A DNA stretch of 64,000 nt from Eledone cirrhosa (GCA_964016885.1 OZ024742.1:213032001-213096000); one strand, 5' to 3'. Shown: positions 1 through 12,370, counted from the first letter of the stretch. The notes: a model not told the origin generated them from the letters alone. Made by a program: numbers and translations.

Positions 1-1430
1 CGTCGGACACTGGACGGAGGGCCCGGTAAAGTTGCTTGGGGTCTGGTTTGGACCGGACCTCCAGGTGGAAAAGAACTGGAACGAGGTTACGAACAAGGTG
101 TTTGCACTAACCCAGAAATGGGCCAAGTGTAAGCTGTCCCTAAAAGGCCGGGCGGAGGTGGCGAACATTTACATAGCGTCCGTCACTTACTACCGCCTGA
201 CTGTCGTGCCTTGCCCTAAGGAAACACTCACCACCATGGAACGCATGCTCTTCCAATTTCTTTGGAAGAAGCGTCCTCCTATGGTGAGAAGATCCATCTG
301 CTGCCAACAACCTTCGAAAGGAGGGCTGGGGATGCCGTGGTTGATGATGCGTAGGCACGCATTAAGGCTACGACACCTACAGGTATTCCTCACTGGTCAA
401 CCGGTGTGGGCTCCGTTCGTGAAACGAGCCTTTCCGAGACTCGTCTCACTCACCGAGCTACAGTCCTGGGTCAAGCAAAGATCCGGAAAACTGGGAGACT
501 GGCACACTGAGTGTGCTCAGGCGCTCAGGGCTCTCTGGCAAGCGGGCCGGGCCATCGGTGGAGAATCCACCTCATCATTCTATAGAGGGCTGGTGGCTAG
601 CAGGGGCGATGACACCCTTGGAGAGTCGCTGGACATGGAAGAAGACGAACTGGCCAGCCTGTTCGGTAGGACTTTCGGCCCAGGACCAATGGACAACTTC
701 CAGAAGTCACTGGCCTGGCAGTGCTACCGAGGGGCTCTACCCGTTCGAGAGAGGCTCTACAGACACGGGCGCCCGGGCAGGGATCCCTCAAAAAAGATTT
801 GCCCTAGATGCGTGCGTCACGAAGAAACCGTGGCGCACGCATTGGTGCAATGTCCGGGCGTGGCTGATCTGTGGGGCTACGCCGAACAACTGCTGTCGCG
901 GGTGGCGCCGATTAAATTGACCGCCGAGTCCGTGATGACAATCAAACCGCCTCCCCTCTTCACAAAGGAAGCAAAGGCGGTTTTTCTGTGCGTAATAGCC
1001 ATGTTGAAAGAGGTTGTTTGGTGGACACGATTGAAAGGTCTGAGGTCAGGCAACTTCCTCTCTGGCCATAGTCTGGTCTACTTCTTCCGATATCACTTCG
1101 GAAGAAGGATAAGAATGGAGAGAGAGGTGCTTGGCCACAGGCAGTTTTATGAAAGGTGGGTGATAGTGGCGAGAATGGCTCGTGTAAATGGGCCTTCTCT
1201 GTATACCATCCTGTAGGTAAAGAAGTAAAGGAGAGGGGAGCACCTTCTCCATGTGCTCCCCGGGCAAAGGATTGCACACTTTTTCGGGGGTGTGTGCAAC
1301 CCCCATCACGTCCCCTCCCTTTTGAGGTTATTTTCGATTATTTTCATGTTACACCCTTTTTACTCGATTATATGTAAACTCCCCCTTTGTATTTGTCCCT
1401 TCTTTTTATGCCTTTATGGTAAATAAAGAA
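1..1430 (+). mobile_element. L1/Tx1-clade LINE, 3' part (ORF2 C-terminus with RT thumb and zf-RVT, then 3' UTR)
   Basis: ORF 32-1216 has LGVWFG, LSLKGRAEVAN, GGLG, CPRC..HEETVAHALVQC. The 3' UTR ends AATAAAGAA like the other copies at ~6270, ~28590 and ~63325. Confidence 0.93.
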
Positions 1431-1439
1431 ATCTACCTA

Positions 1440-1932
1440 TCTATTTCGTTACTATCTACTCTTCCCCTCTTACTTCCTCTTCCTTTCTCCCTCTCACTTT
1501 CACTCACCCTCTCTCTGCTTGCCACCTCATTGTTTCCCTCGACTGACCTTCTAGCTGTCCCTTTCTCACTTACACTCGCTGAGGTCAGTCGTGTCTTTTC
1601 GTTCGATCACTCGCTCTCGAACTTAAGTTCTGTTACCGCTGTGGTCTTGGATTCTCTTGTCTTCAGTTGCTGCTCATTCTTCGATTTGTTGTTTTTTTCG
1701 CTGTTTTCTCTTTTCTTCCCTTTTCCCCTTTCTCTTCTATTTTCCTTCTCTCCCTCCTCCGTTTTCGCAATAACTTACCCAGTTATTGAACGCTCTGATG
1801 GTAGATATATTGTCTTTAAAGCGTTGAGACTCCCGGTAGACAACTGATGAGGAAAACTTTCCCCATTCCCGTTCTTGCTTTCTTCTTATTTTCATTCCCT
1901 TTTTAATTCTAACTTAACTAGCAACTACACAG
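1440..1932. mobile_element. Dispersed repeat abutting a (TA)-rich array, homologous to 60137-60550 in inverted orientation; possibly a Penelope-like element end
   Basis: Reverse complement of ~1765-1825 (gctttaaagac..cagagcgttcaataactgggtaagttattgcga) aligns by eye with ~60210-60270 (gcattaaagatc..tagagcgaacaataactaaaataagttattggga). Confidence 0.5.
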
Positions 1933-2412
1933 CCATATATATAAATGTATATATGTGAGAATTTGTATGTATGTATATATGTATATATATATATATATAT
2001 ATATGTATATACGTGTATATGTGTGTGATTGTAAACACCTGAAAATTTTGCTGACTTTAACACAGCATATTAATACAGCTACTTAATTAAAACCGTTTGT
2101 TTGCTTAGAATAAATGAACCTTGAAAATTGGGAGTTCCTGCATTTGTATCGTTCTGTATCACGATGTAATTTTCACTAAATATAGTTTAAATCCATCAAC
2201 CATCGACCTCCATCCATCCCAATCACCACCTTCACCTACCAACAGATAATGTATAAATACCACCATATCGCATTGACAGTCGGCTTTCCCGATGATTTCC
2301 TTCGAATGAAACAGTTCTAGTCCTGTAGAAACCATTTCTATATTAAATATCTATACTCTGCTATGTATTGAGTACCCTACTTATTGTGGTTACCTCCGGT
2401 TGAACCCGGGCT

Positions 2413-2430
2413 ACACATACACACACACAT

Positions 2431-2462
<32 letters not shown>

Positions 2463-2501
2463 GGGTTTGTCAAATTTGTTTAATAATATGCATATATTGA
2501 T

Positions 2502-2554
<53 letters not shown>

Positions 2555-2599
2555 TCCTATATTCATGTACACACGCACACACACACACACACACACACG

Positions 2600-2639
<40 letters not shown>

Positions 2640-2692
2640 CGATATATATATATATATATATACGTACACATACATGCATCACAGACACACAC
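2413..2692. repeat. Compound microsatellites (CA)n,(TA)n,(TAC)n
   Basis: Directly visible. Confidence 0.95.
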
Positions 2693-2890
2693 ATAGGCAA
2701 GTATTCATAAGTAAGAATTTAGAAATCCATAATATCCTTAATGGATGTTCCGATACTGAGCGAAGGATTTGTCTCCATATAGTGTGTCAAGAAATAATTC
2801 TTTTCTTCAGGCTACCGGTTTCGGCCGTAAATTCTAGATTCAGCTGAAGAGAAATATCTTAATTGGGAATTTTATCTATGTTACGGACTT
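2693..2890 (-). mobile_element. Penelope-like element 3' fragment with half hammerhead motif
   Basis: Minus strand reads CCGTAA...TTACGG-CC-GAAA-CCGG-TA-GCCTG (palindromic stem III ACCGGT). No CUGANGA box is present. Ends in a (TG)n array. Confidence 0.4.
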
Positions 2891-3399
2891 GACTACCTAC
2901 AAGTTTACAACCTCTACATGTAGTATTCATCTTCATACATACATATACCGCCACCCACACAAGGTTGAATATGCATATACGCATATATATATATATATAT
3001 ACATGCGCACACAAACACACACACATATATATATATATATATGTGTGTGGTGTGTGTGTATATATATAATAAACGAATGTATAAATTGATATTTATGAAC
3101 ACCATAAATATTCAAATATTAAACATTTTAAAATGAATTTATCCTGGGTATAACTACGGTTTATTAGTCATGTTTCCCGGTTAGTTAACCTTTCATTAGT
3201 AGATAAGTGCCTGTAACCTTCTATCCACAAAAAGAGATATCAGACGCTGTTTATATCCGTCGTAAACGAAGAACTGAAATGGTGAGTCTAATTTGCATAA
3301 TATGTATTCGCCGACACGTAATTAATCAATTAATGAAAAATTATGCTAATTATAAGATGTAAATCTATTTTAATGTAGTAATAACTTCAGTTTAATTAG

Positions 3400-3607
3400 G
3401 CCACTGACGAATGCAAATTAGACCTTTTGCGGAAAAATGGGACCCGTAAGAGCTTTTTGCCTTCAACAGATGACGGGGAACCACAGAACCCCCTTGCTGC
3501 CAACACCAACATTTCAGCACTCGCACCAACAGACTCCAATAAAATCACCAAGGGTGTCTGTAAAAAAAGCCCTCCTCTTCCCCTCCCTCTTTCTAAATAC
3601 ATACACG

Positions 3608-3679
<72 letters not shown>

Positions 3680-6280
3680 GCCACAAACCTACTTGCATTC
3701 CCACAATTTTCAGACACATGCACCTCTTTTTTTATTTTGACTAACCAGCAAACATGGCTATTATAAGAGTAGGATGTTTAAATGTTCGTGGCCTGGATTC
3801 GACCTGGAAGCTAGGTCACTTGTTGAACGACCTAAGGTCACTGGATATGGATGTGACTGTCGTCAGCAAGACCAGGATTTCCGACATGCACGCACTAACC
3901 CCATCCTGGATGACTATCAGATCTTCGCATCTCTTAGTCGGCCTGACATGGGAGGCAGCGTGGTAGAGCTGTTAAGGAAAGGCCTCGATCTCGAGGTACC
4001 GACGATCTTCCTGAACCCGGACGATAAGTTGGTGACCATAGACGTGAGCAAAAGCGAAGGCTGTACCTTTAGAATGGTGGACGTCTACGCCCCGACCAGT
4101 AGTGGACGGCCGGATTTCTTCAGCCTTTCTAGAAACGTCTCACTCTTTAATGTTAGCGGGATACTCGAACGGTATCTTGGACGCACGCTGGGGTTGTGTG
4201 AGAGTAGCAGATAGAAGCGAAGGGTGCAAAATCCTCAAGTACCTGACAAGTACCGACTAGATTTACCTAATGCGTCAGTGTAGACCTGGACCAGCCACAT
4301 AGTCATCTCGATCGTATATAGAAGGGTTTTTTTTATTAGGTCAGTAGATAAGGATAGTATAGGTTGCCCACGTTTCCAAACGGTCGCTTATTGGAATCAG
4401 AAATTTGTGATCTGTATGGTCGACCTATATAGAACTCATAGGCTAGGGCTTGGTTTCTTGAAGCTCAACATGTCATTCCCGGTGCGTAAATCCTACATAG
4501 ACCGGGTCACCACTTTAGTTTAGCGCAAGTTGACAGTGGGTAGCGTCAACAACAGGTGGTGGGATGCTATCAAGACAGAGATTAGTGTTCACAGCGTTTA
4601 GTAAAGAAGTAGCTATAAAAAAATAGAAGGGAGTGGTAACTGCTAGCTAAATTAGAAGAGGCGATTAGAAGTGGCATTGCAACTGACGTGGTAACAGTGA
4701 GAATGCCATTAGACCATTTCTTCAATGCGAAACACGAAGGATGTATTGTCAGAGCTAAGGCGTGTGCTCTAGGAAACGAGGGAACGAAAGCTGTTTGATG
4801 GACCCGCATTGCAGTGGCGCGGCGTGGTAGCAAAACCATGATTTGGTATTTCCCAGACCGACACGAGCACGTATTGGACGAATCCAGGCAGATGTGCGCG
4901 GCTTTTCTCCAGCATATTGCGTGACTGTTCGATGGGGAGCGGCGATTGGGAGACGATAGCAAACTTCAGTTCTTACTTACCAGTGAAGTTGCTCGGGTTC
5001 TGGTTCGGACCAGACCTTCAGGTGAATAAGAACTGGGACGAGGTGAGGGAGGCCACTCATACCCAGAAATCAGCCGAGAGAAAGCTATCCCTGAAATGGA
5101 TGGAGGTGGCGAACGCGTACATCGCGTCCGTCATATATTACCGTCTGACCGCCGTGTCTTGCACCCGTTCGCACCTCGCAAACTTGGAACGCCTGCTCTT
5201 CAACTTCTGTGCGGAAGCGACAGGTTCCTTTGGTGAGGCACTCCATCTGCTGCCAGCATCCTATGCTGGGCTTGCCATGGCTGATGATGCGCTGACATAC
5301 GCTGAGGCTACGGTATCTTCAGATATTCTTAAACGGTGAATAGGTGTGGTCAGCGTTTGTGAGACAGATCTTTTCGCAGCTCGTCTCTTTGACTGAACTG
5401 TTGTCCTGAGTCAAGAAGAGACCGTGACTCGGCGCCTGGCATCTGAAATGCTGTCAGTAAAGATTCAAATCTAGAATTCTATAGAGGATTAGTGGTAGGA
5501 AAATGCTTTTAGAGAAGGTCTGCGCGTGGAGGAAATCGAACTGACCAGTCTGTTCCGGAGGACTTTCGAGCCAGGGACTATGGATAACTTCCAGAAGTCC
5601 CTCGTTTGGCAGTGCTACCGACAGGAATTGCGATCAGACGGACCTGTCCGAGATTGCGTAGAGCGACGAAACTGTTTTGCATGCACTCGTCCAGTATCCG
5701 TGAATTACTGACTTGTGGAGTTATGTGGACAAGCTGTTATTTCACGTGGGATAGATCCGATTATCAACCGAGTCCATCGTGAGGATCACTCCACTACCTT
5801 CTTTTGGCAGGGAAAGGCAGGCAGTTTTCCTCCGTTTGGTGGCAGTAGCGAAAGAAGTTGTGTGGGGGAGGAGATTGAAAAGACTGAATACAGACACTTT
5901 CCTCTTCAGTCAATCCCTCATCCACTTTTTCAAATCCCACTTGGAAAGGAATGTGAAGGTGGAGAGAGAAGTGCTGCCTCTCAGTACATTTATTAAAAGT
6001 TGGGTGAATGTTGCGAAGATGGCCCGTGTAAGTGGACCTACTCTGACCATACGCCTATAGCCTGGCTGATTTGGAGAGGAGAGGGTTGCCTTCCTCGGGT
6101 GTTCTGGGAGCATCGGTCGGTTATCCCCTCTATTGGGGAATTTGTATTGTTATAATTATATTATTTATTGTTATTGTTTTCTATCTTGTTTAATCGATTT
6201 TTCTGTACCCCGCCACAGTCCCTGTATTTCGTATTGTCCCCCATATACCAGCCCTTGTGACCAATAAAGAAATTATTATT
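3400..6280 (+). mobile_element. Decayed, internally deleted L1/Tx1 LINE (ORF1 zinc-knuckle remnant, APE endonuclease, ORF2 C-terminus; RT core absent)
   Basis: CGKMGPVRAFC knuckle remnant ~3428-3465. MAIIRVGCLNVRGL at 3754, FRMVDVYAP, KLLGFWFGPDLQ, MDNFQKSL, MARVSGPTL*. 3' end AATAAAGAAATTATTATT. Many frameshifts. Confidence 0.9.
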
Positions 6281-6281
6281 T

Positions 6282-6550
6282 CAGTAGTAATAATTGTTGT
6301 AGCAGAAGCAGTAGTAGTAGTCGTACATCAGCAGCAACAGCAATAGTAGTAGTAGTAGTAGTAGTAGTAGTCGTCGTCGTAGGTAGTAGTAGTAGGAGTA
6401 GTAGTAGTAGTAGTCGTCGTCGTCGTCAGACAGTCGTTGTACCATTAACAGTAGTATCAACGGCAAAAAGCAACAGTGTGGGAAGCAGCAGCAGTAGCAG
6501 CAGCAGCAGTAGCAGCAGCAGCAGTAGCAGCAGTAGTAGCAGCAATAGTG
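6282..6550. repeat. Degenerate (AGT)/(AGC)/(GTC)n trinucleotide array
   Basis: Directly visible. Confidence 0.9.
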
Positions 6551-6648
6551 TATGGTATGGTTGAAGATGAAACAAAAGGAATGGGAATATGAAACGCTTA
6601 CCTAAGATAATGAATGAATCAATGAAACAGTGAATGTAACAAGGCACA

Positions 6649-6698
<50 letters not shown>

Positions 6699-6700
<2 letters not shown>

Positions 6701-6888
6701 CGAAGGAGTTGTCGTAAAGAACCAGATGGACCATAACGCACCAGAGTACTCAATACTTAGGGTAGTAGAGTGGGTAATAGGAAAATGTATGACGCCGACG
6801 GCAGAGCTCAAGCCGTTTCGACGGCTATTTCTGGACTGAAATAGCCGTTGAAACGGCTTGAGCTCTGCCGTCGGGGGTCATACATTTT

Positions 6889-6892
<4 letters not shown>
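6699..6892. mobile_element. Short fold-back element between (TA)n arrays (Penelope-like, 3' half of hammerhead); second copy at 47286-47493
   Basis: Inverted arms 6778-6831 and 6838-6892. GAAA at 6850, stem III ACGGC/GCCGT, GUC site at 6870-6872. Confidence 0.7.
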
Positions 6893-6971
<79 letters not shown>

Positions 6972-6999
6972 CTGTATATATGTGTATATCTTCCTCTTC

Positions 7000-7048
<49 letters not shown>

Positions 7049-7050
7049 TC

Positions 7051-7101
<51 letters not shown>

Positions 7102-7140
7102 CTCAATATATATATATATGTCATATGCACACACACACAC
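6892..7140. repeat. Compound (TA)n,(TG)n,(CT)n microsatellites
   Basis: Directly visible. Confidence 0.95.
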
Positions 7141-7619
7141 CGACGACACAGAAAGAAACACACTTCGTATATACATAGATGCAGACACAGAAACAAGAAA
7201 CCCGCCACCACACACACCACACACATACAAGCATATACACATATACAACATATAATATTCCTTCCTTCTCATCAACCAATAGAAAAACTAAGTGAAGAAA
7301 AATTGTAACAATGAAAATATGAAAAAGAAGAAAAAAAAAAAACATTAAGAAAGCAACAACAAAAACAACAGCCAAAACAATACCAACAACAACTTGTAGC
7401 ATTGTTTTGACTCATCTGTCAGAGTTTGATGATCTATCAAGCAATTGTTGAGAAATATAGTATTGATTTTTTTGGACCAAGTAGACTTTTGGTCCCAAAC
7501 AATGAAACGATAGACGAGATATATGAACAGTAAGTGTTGTTTAATTGATTCAACTGATACAGAATTGAATTACGGCTTGAGAGAAATGGTTGGTATTGAT
7601 GTATGTACTTGTGTATCTG

Positions 7620-7919
7620 TGAAGGCGTGTGGCTTAGAGGTCAGGAGGGTGTTGGATGTGTTGGATTCGCGGCCGTAAGTTCGTGAGTTCGATTCTCGGA
7701 TCGAGTGGCACGTTGAGTCATGGTTCAAGGCATTTTATTTTACGTTGCTCCAGTCAAAAGGCAAAGATGATTTGCAGCTGTAATTCAAGAAGTCAACTGT
7801 GTCTGATTATATCACACTGGATCTCTCTTGGAACTACATTGTGTCTGTGGAATGCTCAGCCACTTGCACGTTACTTTCGCGAGACTGTTGTTCCATTGAT
7901 TGAATCGAATGGAACACTG

Positions 7920-7920
<1 letters not shown>
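7620..7920 (+). mobile_element. tRNA-derived SINE with CORE-like body (related copies ~15270-15450, 19845-20095, 42890-43170)
   Basis: A-box-like GTGGCTTAGAGG, B-box GAGTTCGATTC, then cacgttg..caaggcattttattttacgttgctccagtc. The 3' part ggaatgctcagccacttgcacgtta is shared with ~20060-20085. Confidence 0.7.
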
Positions 7921-7985
<65 letters not shown>

Positions 7986-8124
7986 TGTATCTAAGTTAGG
8001 GAATAGGCCGAGTCATTGTGGCCTCTGTATTTGTTCAGAATTTAAATCCTGCAGACGTCAACATTCATCCTTTCATGGTCGAACCAGTACAGTACTAGGG
8101 TTGTCTGTCTGTCTGTCTGTCTGC

Positions 8125-8410
8125 GCGGGGACATGGAAATACTCGGTTTGGTGTCCCAGTACGCGGTTAGCCCATCGGGAGTGAGAGATACCCCTAGTTC
8201 TTATTAGGGCATCGTTCTAGGAGAAGGAAAACTCTGATATAAAGCCTGCGACTCGATGTCAGTCAATGACGTTGGCCTGTTCTTCGTTATGGATACCAGT
8301 CACCGTTGTTCAGAGAGTAGGATTGGTTCAGTGCAAGACTTTTCTTAGTAGAACAGCCACCACATCAACTTTACCGCTGAAGGACATGTGTGTCATTGCA
8401 TAGGGCATAT
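8125..8410 (+). mobile_element. RTE-type 5'UTR-like fragment
   Basis: Shares TTCTAGGAGAAGGAAAACTCTGATATAA with the 41988-42600 family. Confidence 0.55.
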
Positions 8411-8517
8411 GTACAAACTATCACTATTGCGGGAGGTTTGCAAAGAACATAGTACAGACTTTATCACTGTGGGAGGTTTGCAAAGAAAAAGTGAGCAGAT
8501 TCTCATCGCTGACTAAA

Positions 8518-8633
<116 letters not shown>

Positions 8634-8869
8634 ACACAATAAAACGAACACAATAAAACGAACAAAACAAAAATTCACACTTAAATATGTACTTTCTATA
8701 ACTTTCCCTGAAATGTCATGGGGAGTTTAATGTTTTTCATTGACAGATTAAAATTCTTGCGGGGTGTGGTGTAGTCAACTTATAATGTTTGATAGGTATT
8801 TTATAAAACTCGAAACGATCGAAGTCAAAATCAACCACAACGAGATTTCTCAATGTAGAGAGACAAAAG

Positions 8870-9272
8870 TAAATAATTGTTTCTATTTTATGCACAAGGC
8901 CAGCAATTTGAAGAAGAGGGGAAAGTTGATTAAATCGATCCAAATGCATTACTGGTGCTTTATTTTATCGACCTCGTAATGGTGAAAGGCAAAGCTACCT
9001 TCAGTAGGATTTGAACTCAGAACGTAAAGGGACATAACTCTATACGGTTAAGCATGTTGTTCGATGCTCTTTTAGACAAAAGTAAATAATTGTTTCCACT
9101 TTTGGCACAAGGCCAGCAATTACCCCAGTGCATTGTTGTACTTTATTTTATCGACCCCGTAAGGATAAAAGGCCAAGTTAACCTCGGCATGATTTGAACT
9201 CAGATCATAAAAGGTCGTAACTCTGTGCTGCAAAGCATGGCGTCCAACCCTCTACTCATACTGCCAATCCAA
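8870..9272 (-). mobile_element. Two tandem tRNA-derived SINEs with Meta/MESC-like core
   Basis: Reverse complement of the family consensus ctgagttcaaatcccgccgaggttaactttgcctttcatccttacggggtcgataaaataaagtaccag...ttgtgccaaaagtagaaacaatt. Confidence 0.85.
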
Positions 9273-9792
9273 AAGTAAATGTGGTGTAATTATTCAGGCG
9301 TTCTATCGTTTTTGCTTCTCTCCCATATTAACCTCATATGAAATACTTGATACTAATGTTATAGCATTTCTTTTTTCTCACTATTACAAGATTTATCTCT
9401 AGACTATGCTGCTTAATGCGTCATCTCACAACGGGTATTTATAAATAAAATTAAAGACCAGTATGGATTTCTGTCCAAACAGTCGATATCAACTTATCTA
9501 ATGTTTTTGCCTTAAGAAACCTTCCAAAGATATTCGATAACAACTTGTTGATGTTATCCTACTCTTGACCTGGTGAGTCATATTAAATCTTATTAGAGAA
9601 AAACAAATGATGTTCTCATGATATCGATAGATGCAGGCCTGATAATTGGATAATCGTTTGACCGTCAGACCAGAGATGGAACCGTCGGGTACATAATAAT
9701 ATTAAAATGCAAAGTGTTCATATGTTCATATTCTATGAAAATATTTCATTACATTTTTTAGGAAACTTTATTTTAGCTGCATACTATACATA

Positions 9793-9979
9793 ATTGTTTC
9801 TACGTTAGGCACAAGGCCAGCAATTACCCAGTGCACTACTGGTACTTTATTTTATCGCCCCCGTAAGGATGAAAGGCAAAGTCAACCTCGGCGGGATTTG
9901 AACTCAGATCGTAAAGGGACGTAACTATGCTGGAAAGTATGGCGTCCGACTCTCTACCGATACTGCCAATCCACCGCTC
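9793..9979 (-). mobile_element. Full-length tRNA-derived SINE (Meta/MESC-like) with target-site duplication
   Basis: Family consensus. Flanking direct repeat CATACTATACATAAT at ~9780 and ~9980. Confidence 0.92.
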
Positions 9980-10732
9980 CATACTATACATAATATATTC
10001 AAATGTATAATGAACCAGGCTCTAAGCTTATTGGTTGCGGATGCATATCAGTTAGATGTTTAAAGTGTTTGTGTCTCTCTGTTGAATATTTAAATATTTC
10101 GTAAACTTCCTGGCACATTTCCCTTAAATGTTCTAAAATTCTAGAAAATATACCTAAGGATAGGTTAGTGTTATATTTTGGGAGAAATTTATCTATCTTT
10201 CATTGGATTTAGATGTAAGTATCGGTTTAAATGGAAGCCACCACCATTATGATAAATATGTACTATGTTTTTTTTAATTTTTATTGATGTTCAAAGGTTT
10301 TCATGTACAGTATCTAAGCCAGCACAAATAATATGTTTGAGAAGTAAGTGTTAAAAATTATAATAGTTTTCGTAAGAAAATATAAATTTACGTAGTTAAA
10401 CCATTGCTCAGCTTAACAGCAGTATTTGATTGTTGAGTATATTTAAAAGGGTCCAGCCTGTGTCAGATTCCTGGCCTTGGGATAAATTCCCCACTGCTTC
10501 CCTTCAGTTTAGGAGACCATAAAAAGTGCCATGGGCGCTGCTCTGCCTTCACTGACTAAACATAAAAAAATGTTGGTGTTAGCATACTTAATGTCCAAGA
10601 ATTAAAAACCTAATTAAAAATGATATGCGGAGAGGAAGAACGATATTAATAAATGAATAATAGTATTTTCTCATTCTCGGAAACTATAGTAGACAATGCC
10701 TAGAGTTCCTGATTTGGTCTTATTATGAACTC

Positions 10733-11152
10733 GCGGTGGATTGGCAGTATCGGTAGAGGGTCGGACGCCATGCTTTGACGCATAGAGTTACGGCCCTTGC
10801 CATTCTGAGTTCAAATCCCGCCGAGGTTAACTTTGCCTTTCATCCTTACGGTGTCTATAAAATAAAGTACCAGTAATACACTGGGTATTTGCTGGCCTTG
10901 TGCCAAAAGTAGAAACAATTATGAACTCATCAGAGGGCGGTAGATTGGCAGTATCGGTAGAGCGTCGGACGCCATGCTTTGCAACATAGGGTTACGGCCC
11001 TTTATGATCTGATTTCAAATCCCGCCGAGGTTAACTTTGCCTTTCATCCTTACGGGTTCGATAAAATAAAGTACCAGTCACGCACTCGGGTCGATTTAAT
11101 CGACTTTCCACTCCACCAAAATTGTTGGCATTGTGCCTATATAAGGAACCAT
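10733..11152 (+). mobile_element. Two head-to-tail tRNA-derived SINEs (Meta/MESC-like)
   Basis: Both have a GGATTGGCAGTATCGGTAGAG-like head and B-box GTTCAAATCC or TTTCAAATCC. Flanking repeats ATTATGA(A/G)CTC at ~10722, ~10918 and ~11151. Confidence 0.92.
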
Positions 11153-12244
11153 TATGAGCTCATCGGGGAATATACGTTTTTTAGTTAATATTGAATGAAA
11201 AGAGTTTTTATTTATGAAACATCTAACATATGTATAACGATCTATAAGTATGTAGTGAGAGAAAAAAAATTTGTTGCCATGAAACAGCTTACACACTTCA
11301 CGGATTTAAAGAAAATGTGATTGTCGTGGAGCACAGATGTTTCAATCTTTCTCAATAGCAGATTTAAATTAGCTTCTATATTTCCACAATATAGATACGA
11401 CATTAATTATGTTTAGTAGAACGATTCAATAAAAGATCTTGCCCACTATGCGTAAATAGTAGTAAAATGTATCAGTCATAATCATCTGGATAAGTCGATA
11501 TCATATAGATGACGCTACAAGTAAAAGCAAATAATATATAGCAGACATCAAATTGAAACGTAGACAGAAAGTTCATCGGTACAGCAGTCTGGATAGCTGC
11601 AATAGAACAAATATGGTAAAATGGAATCAGTGATCTGTTCAAGTGCTGTCTTGCCCTTCGATTTTGTCCAAGCAGCCTGAAGAAGTACCGCCCACTAGAT
11701 ACGTAAATAATATATTTTATTAGTCTTGATAACAGCAATTATACTTGCTGAAGAAATTGGAATGTAATGATTTTTTTTTATTTCGGTTTCATCAACACTT
11801 ATTCATTTATACAGTCAAGAATTCTAGACAGTCTAAGTGCAAGTAATTAAATTTTAAACAAGAATAATAGCTATGCTATTTGCTGACTGATCGAAAAATT
11901 AATTCCATTAAGATATAAACTTGGTTAACTACGAAAGTCTTTAGAAAGTGTGAATATGAACTTAGAATTTTATTTCCAAACAGAGACGAAAATCTACTAT
12001 TTTCTGAAATTTTACTAGAATATAAAAAATAGTAATGGTTTTATTGGCAAATAAAATAATACTCTTTTTAATTTCAATTAATAGTTTCGTTGTTTTCTGA
12101 GCGTGAGATATTGTGACGTTCACAAAGGAATACAGTGAATAAAAACGGCTTAAGATAAGAAATGAAATTGTATCATGGAGTTATCTCGACTTGGATTTGC
12201 TTATTTTTCTCCGTCACTTCCTTTTATATGCATGCATATATGGT

Positions 12245-12370
12245 CTCGTAACTCCCAAGGGAGTTGCAGGGGCGCCGTATTGACATGCGTCGTTAATAGG
12301 GCATTTTAAAAACGGATGGAACCCGTATCTTCTTCAGGTCTGAATACAGCAAATTTCTTCCAGAGAAGGA
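12245..12370. repeat. Short dispersed repeat, second copy ~21205-21310
   Basis: Shared aactc..gagtt(g/a)caggggcgccgt..gggcattttaaa..ttc(c)aggtctgaa..tcttc(c/t)agagaa. Confidence 0.6.

Noticed and set aside
1790-1870. CTGATGG and CTGATGA as hammerhead cores
   Set aside because: No properly placed GAAA, stem III or stem I could be paired.
3240-3290. Possible plus-strand exon ending ATG|GTGAGT
   Set aside because: No convincing acceptor giving an open frame.
10733-10830. tRNA genes at SINE heads (A/B boxes)
   Set aside because: They continue into the SINE core and tail and lack a full cloverleaf.
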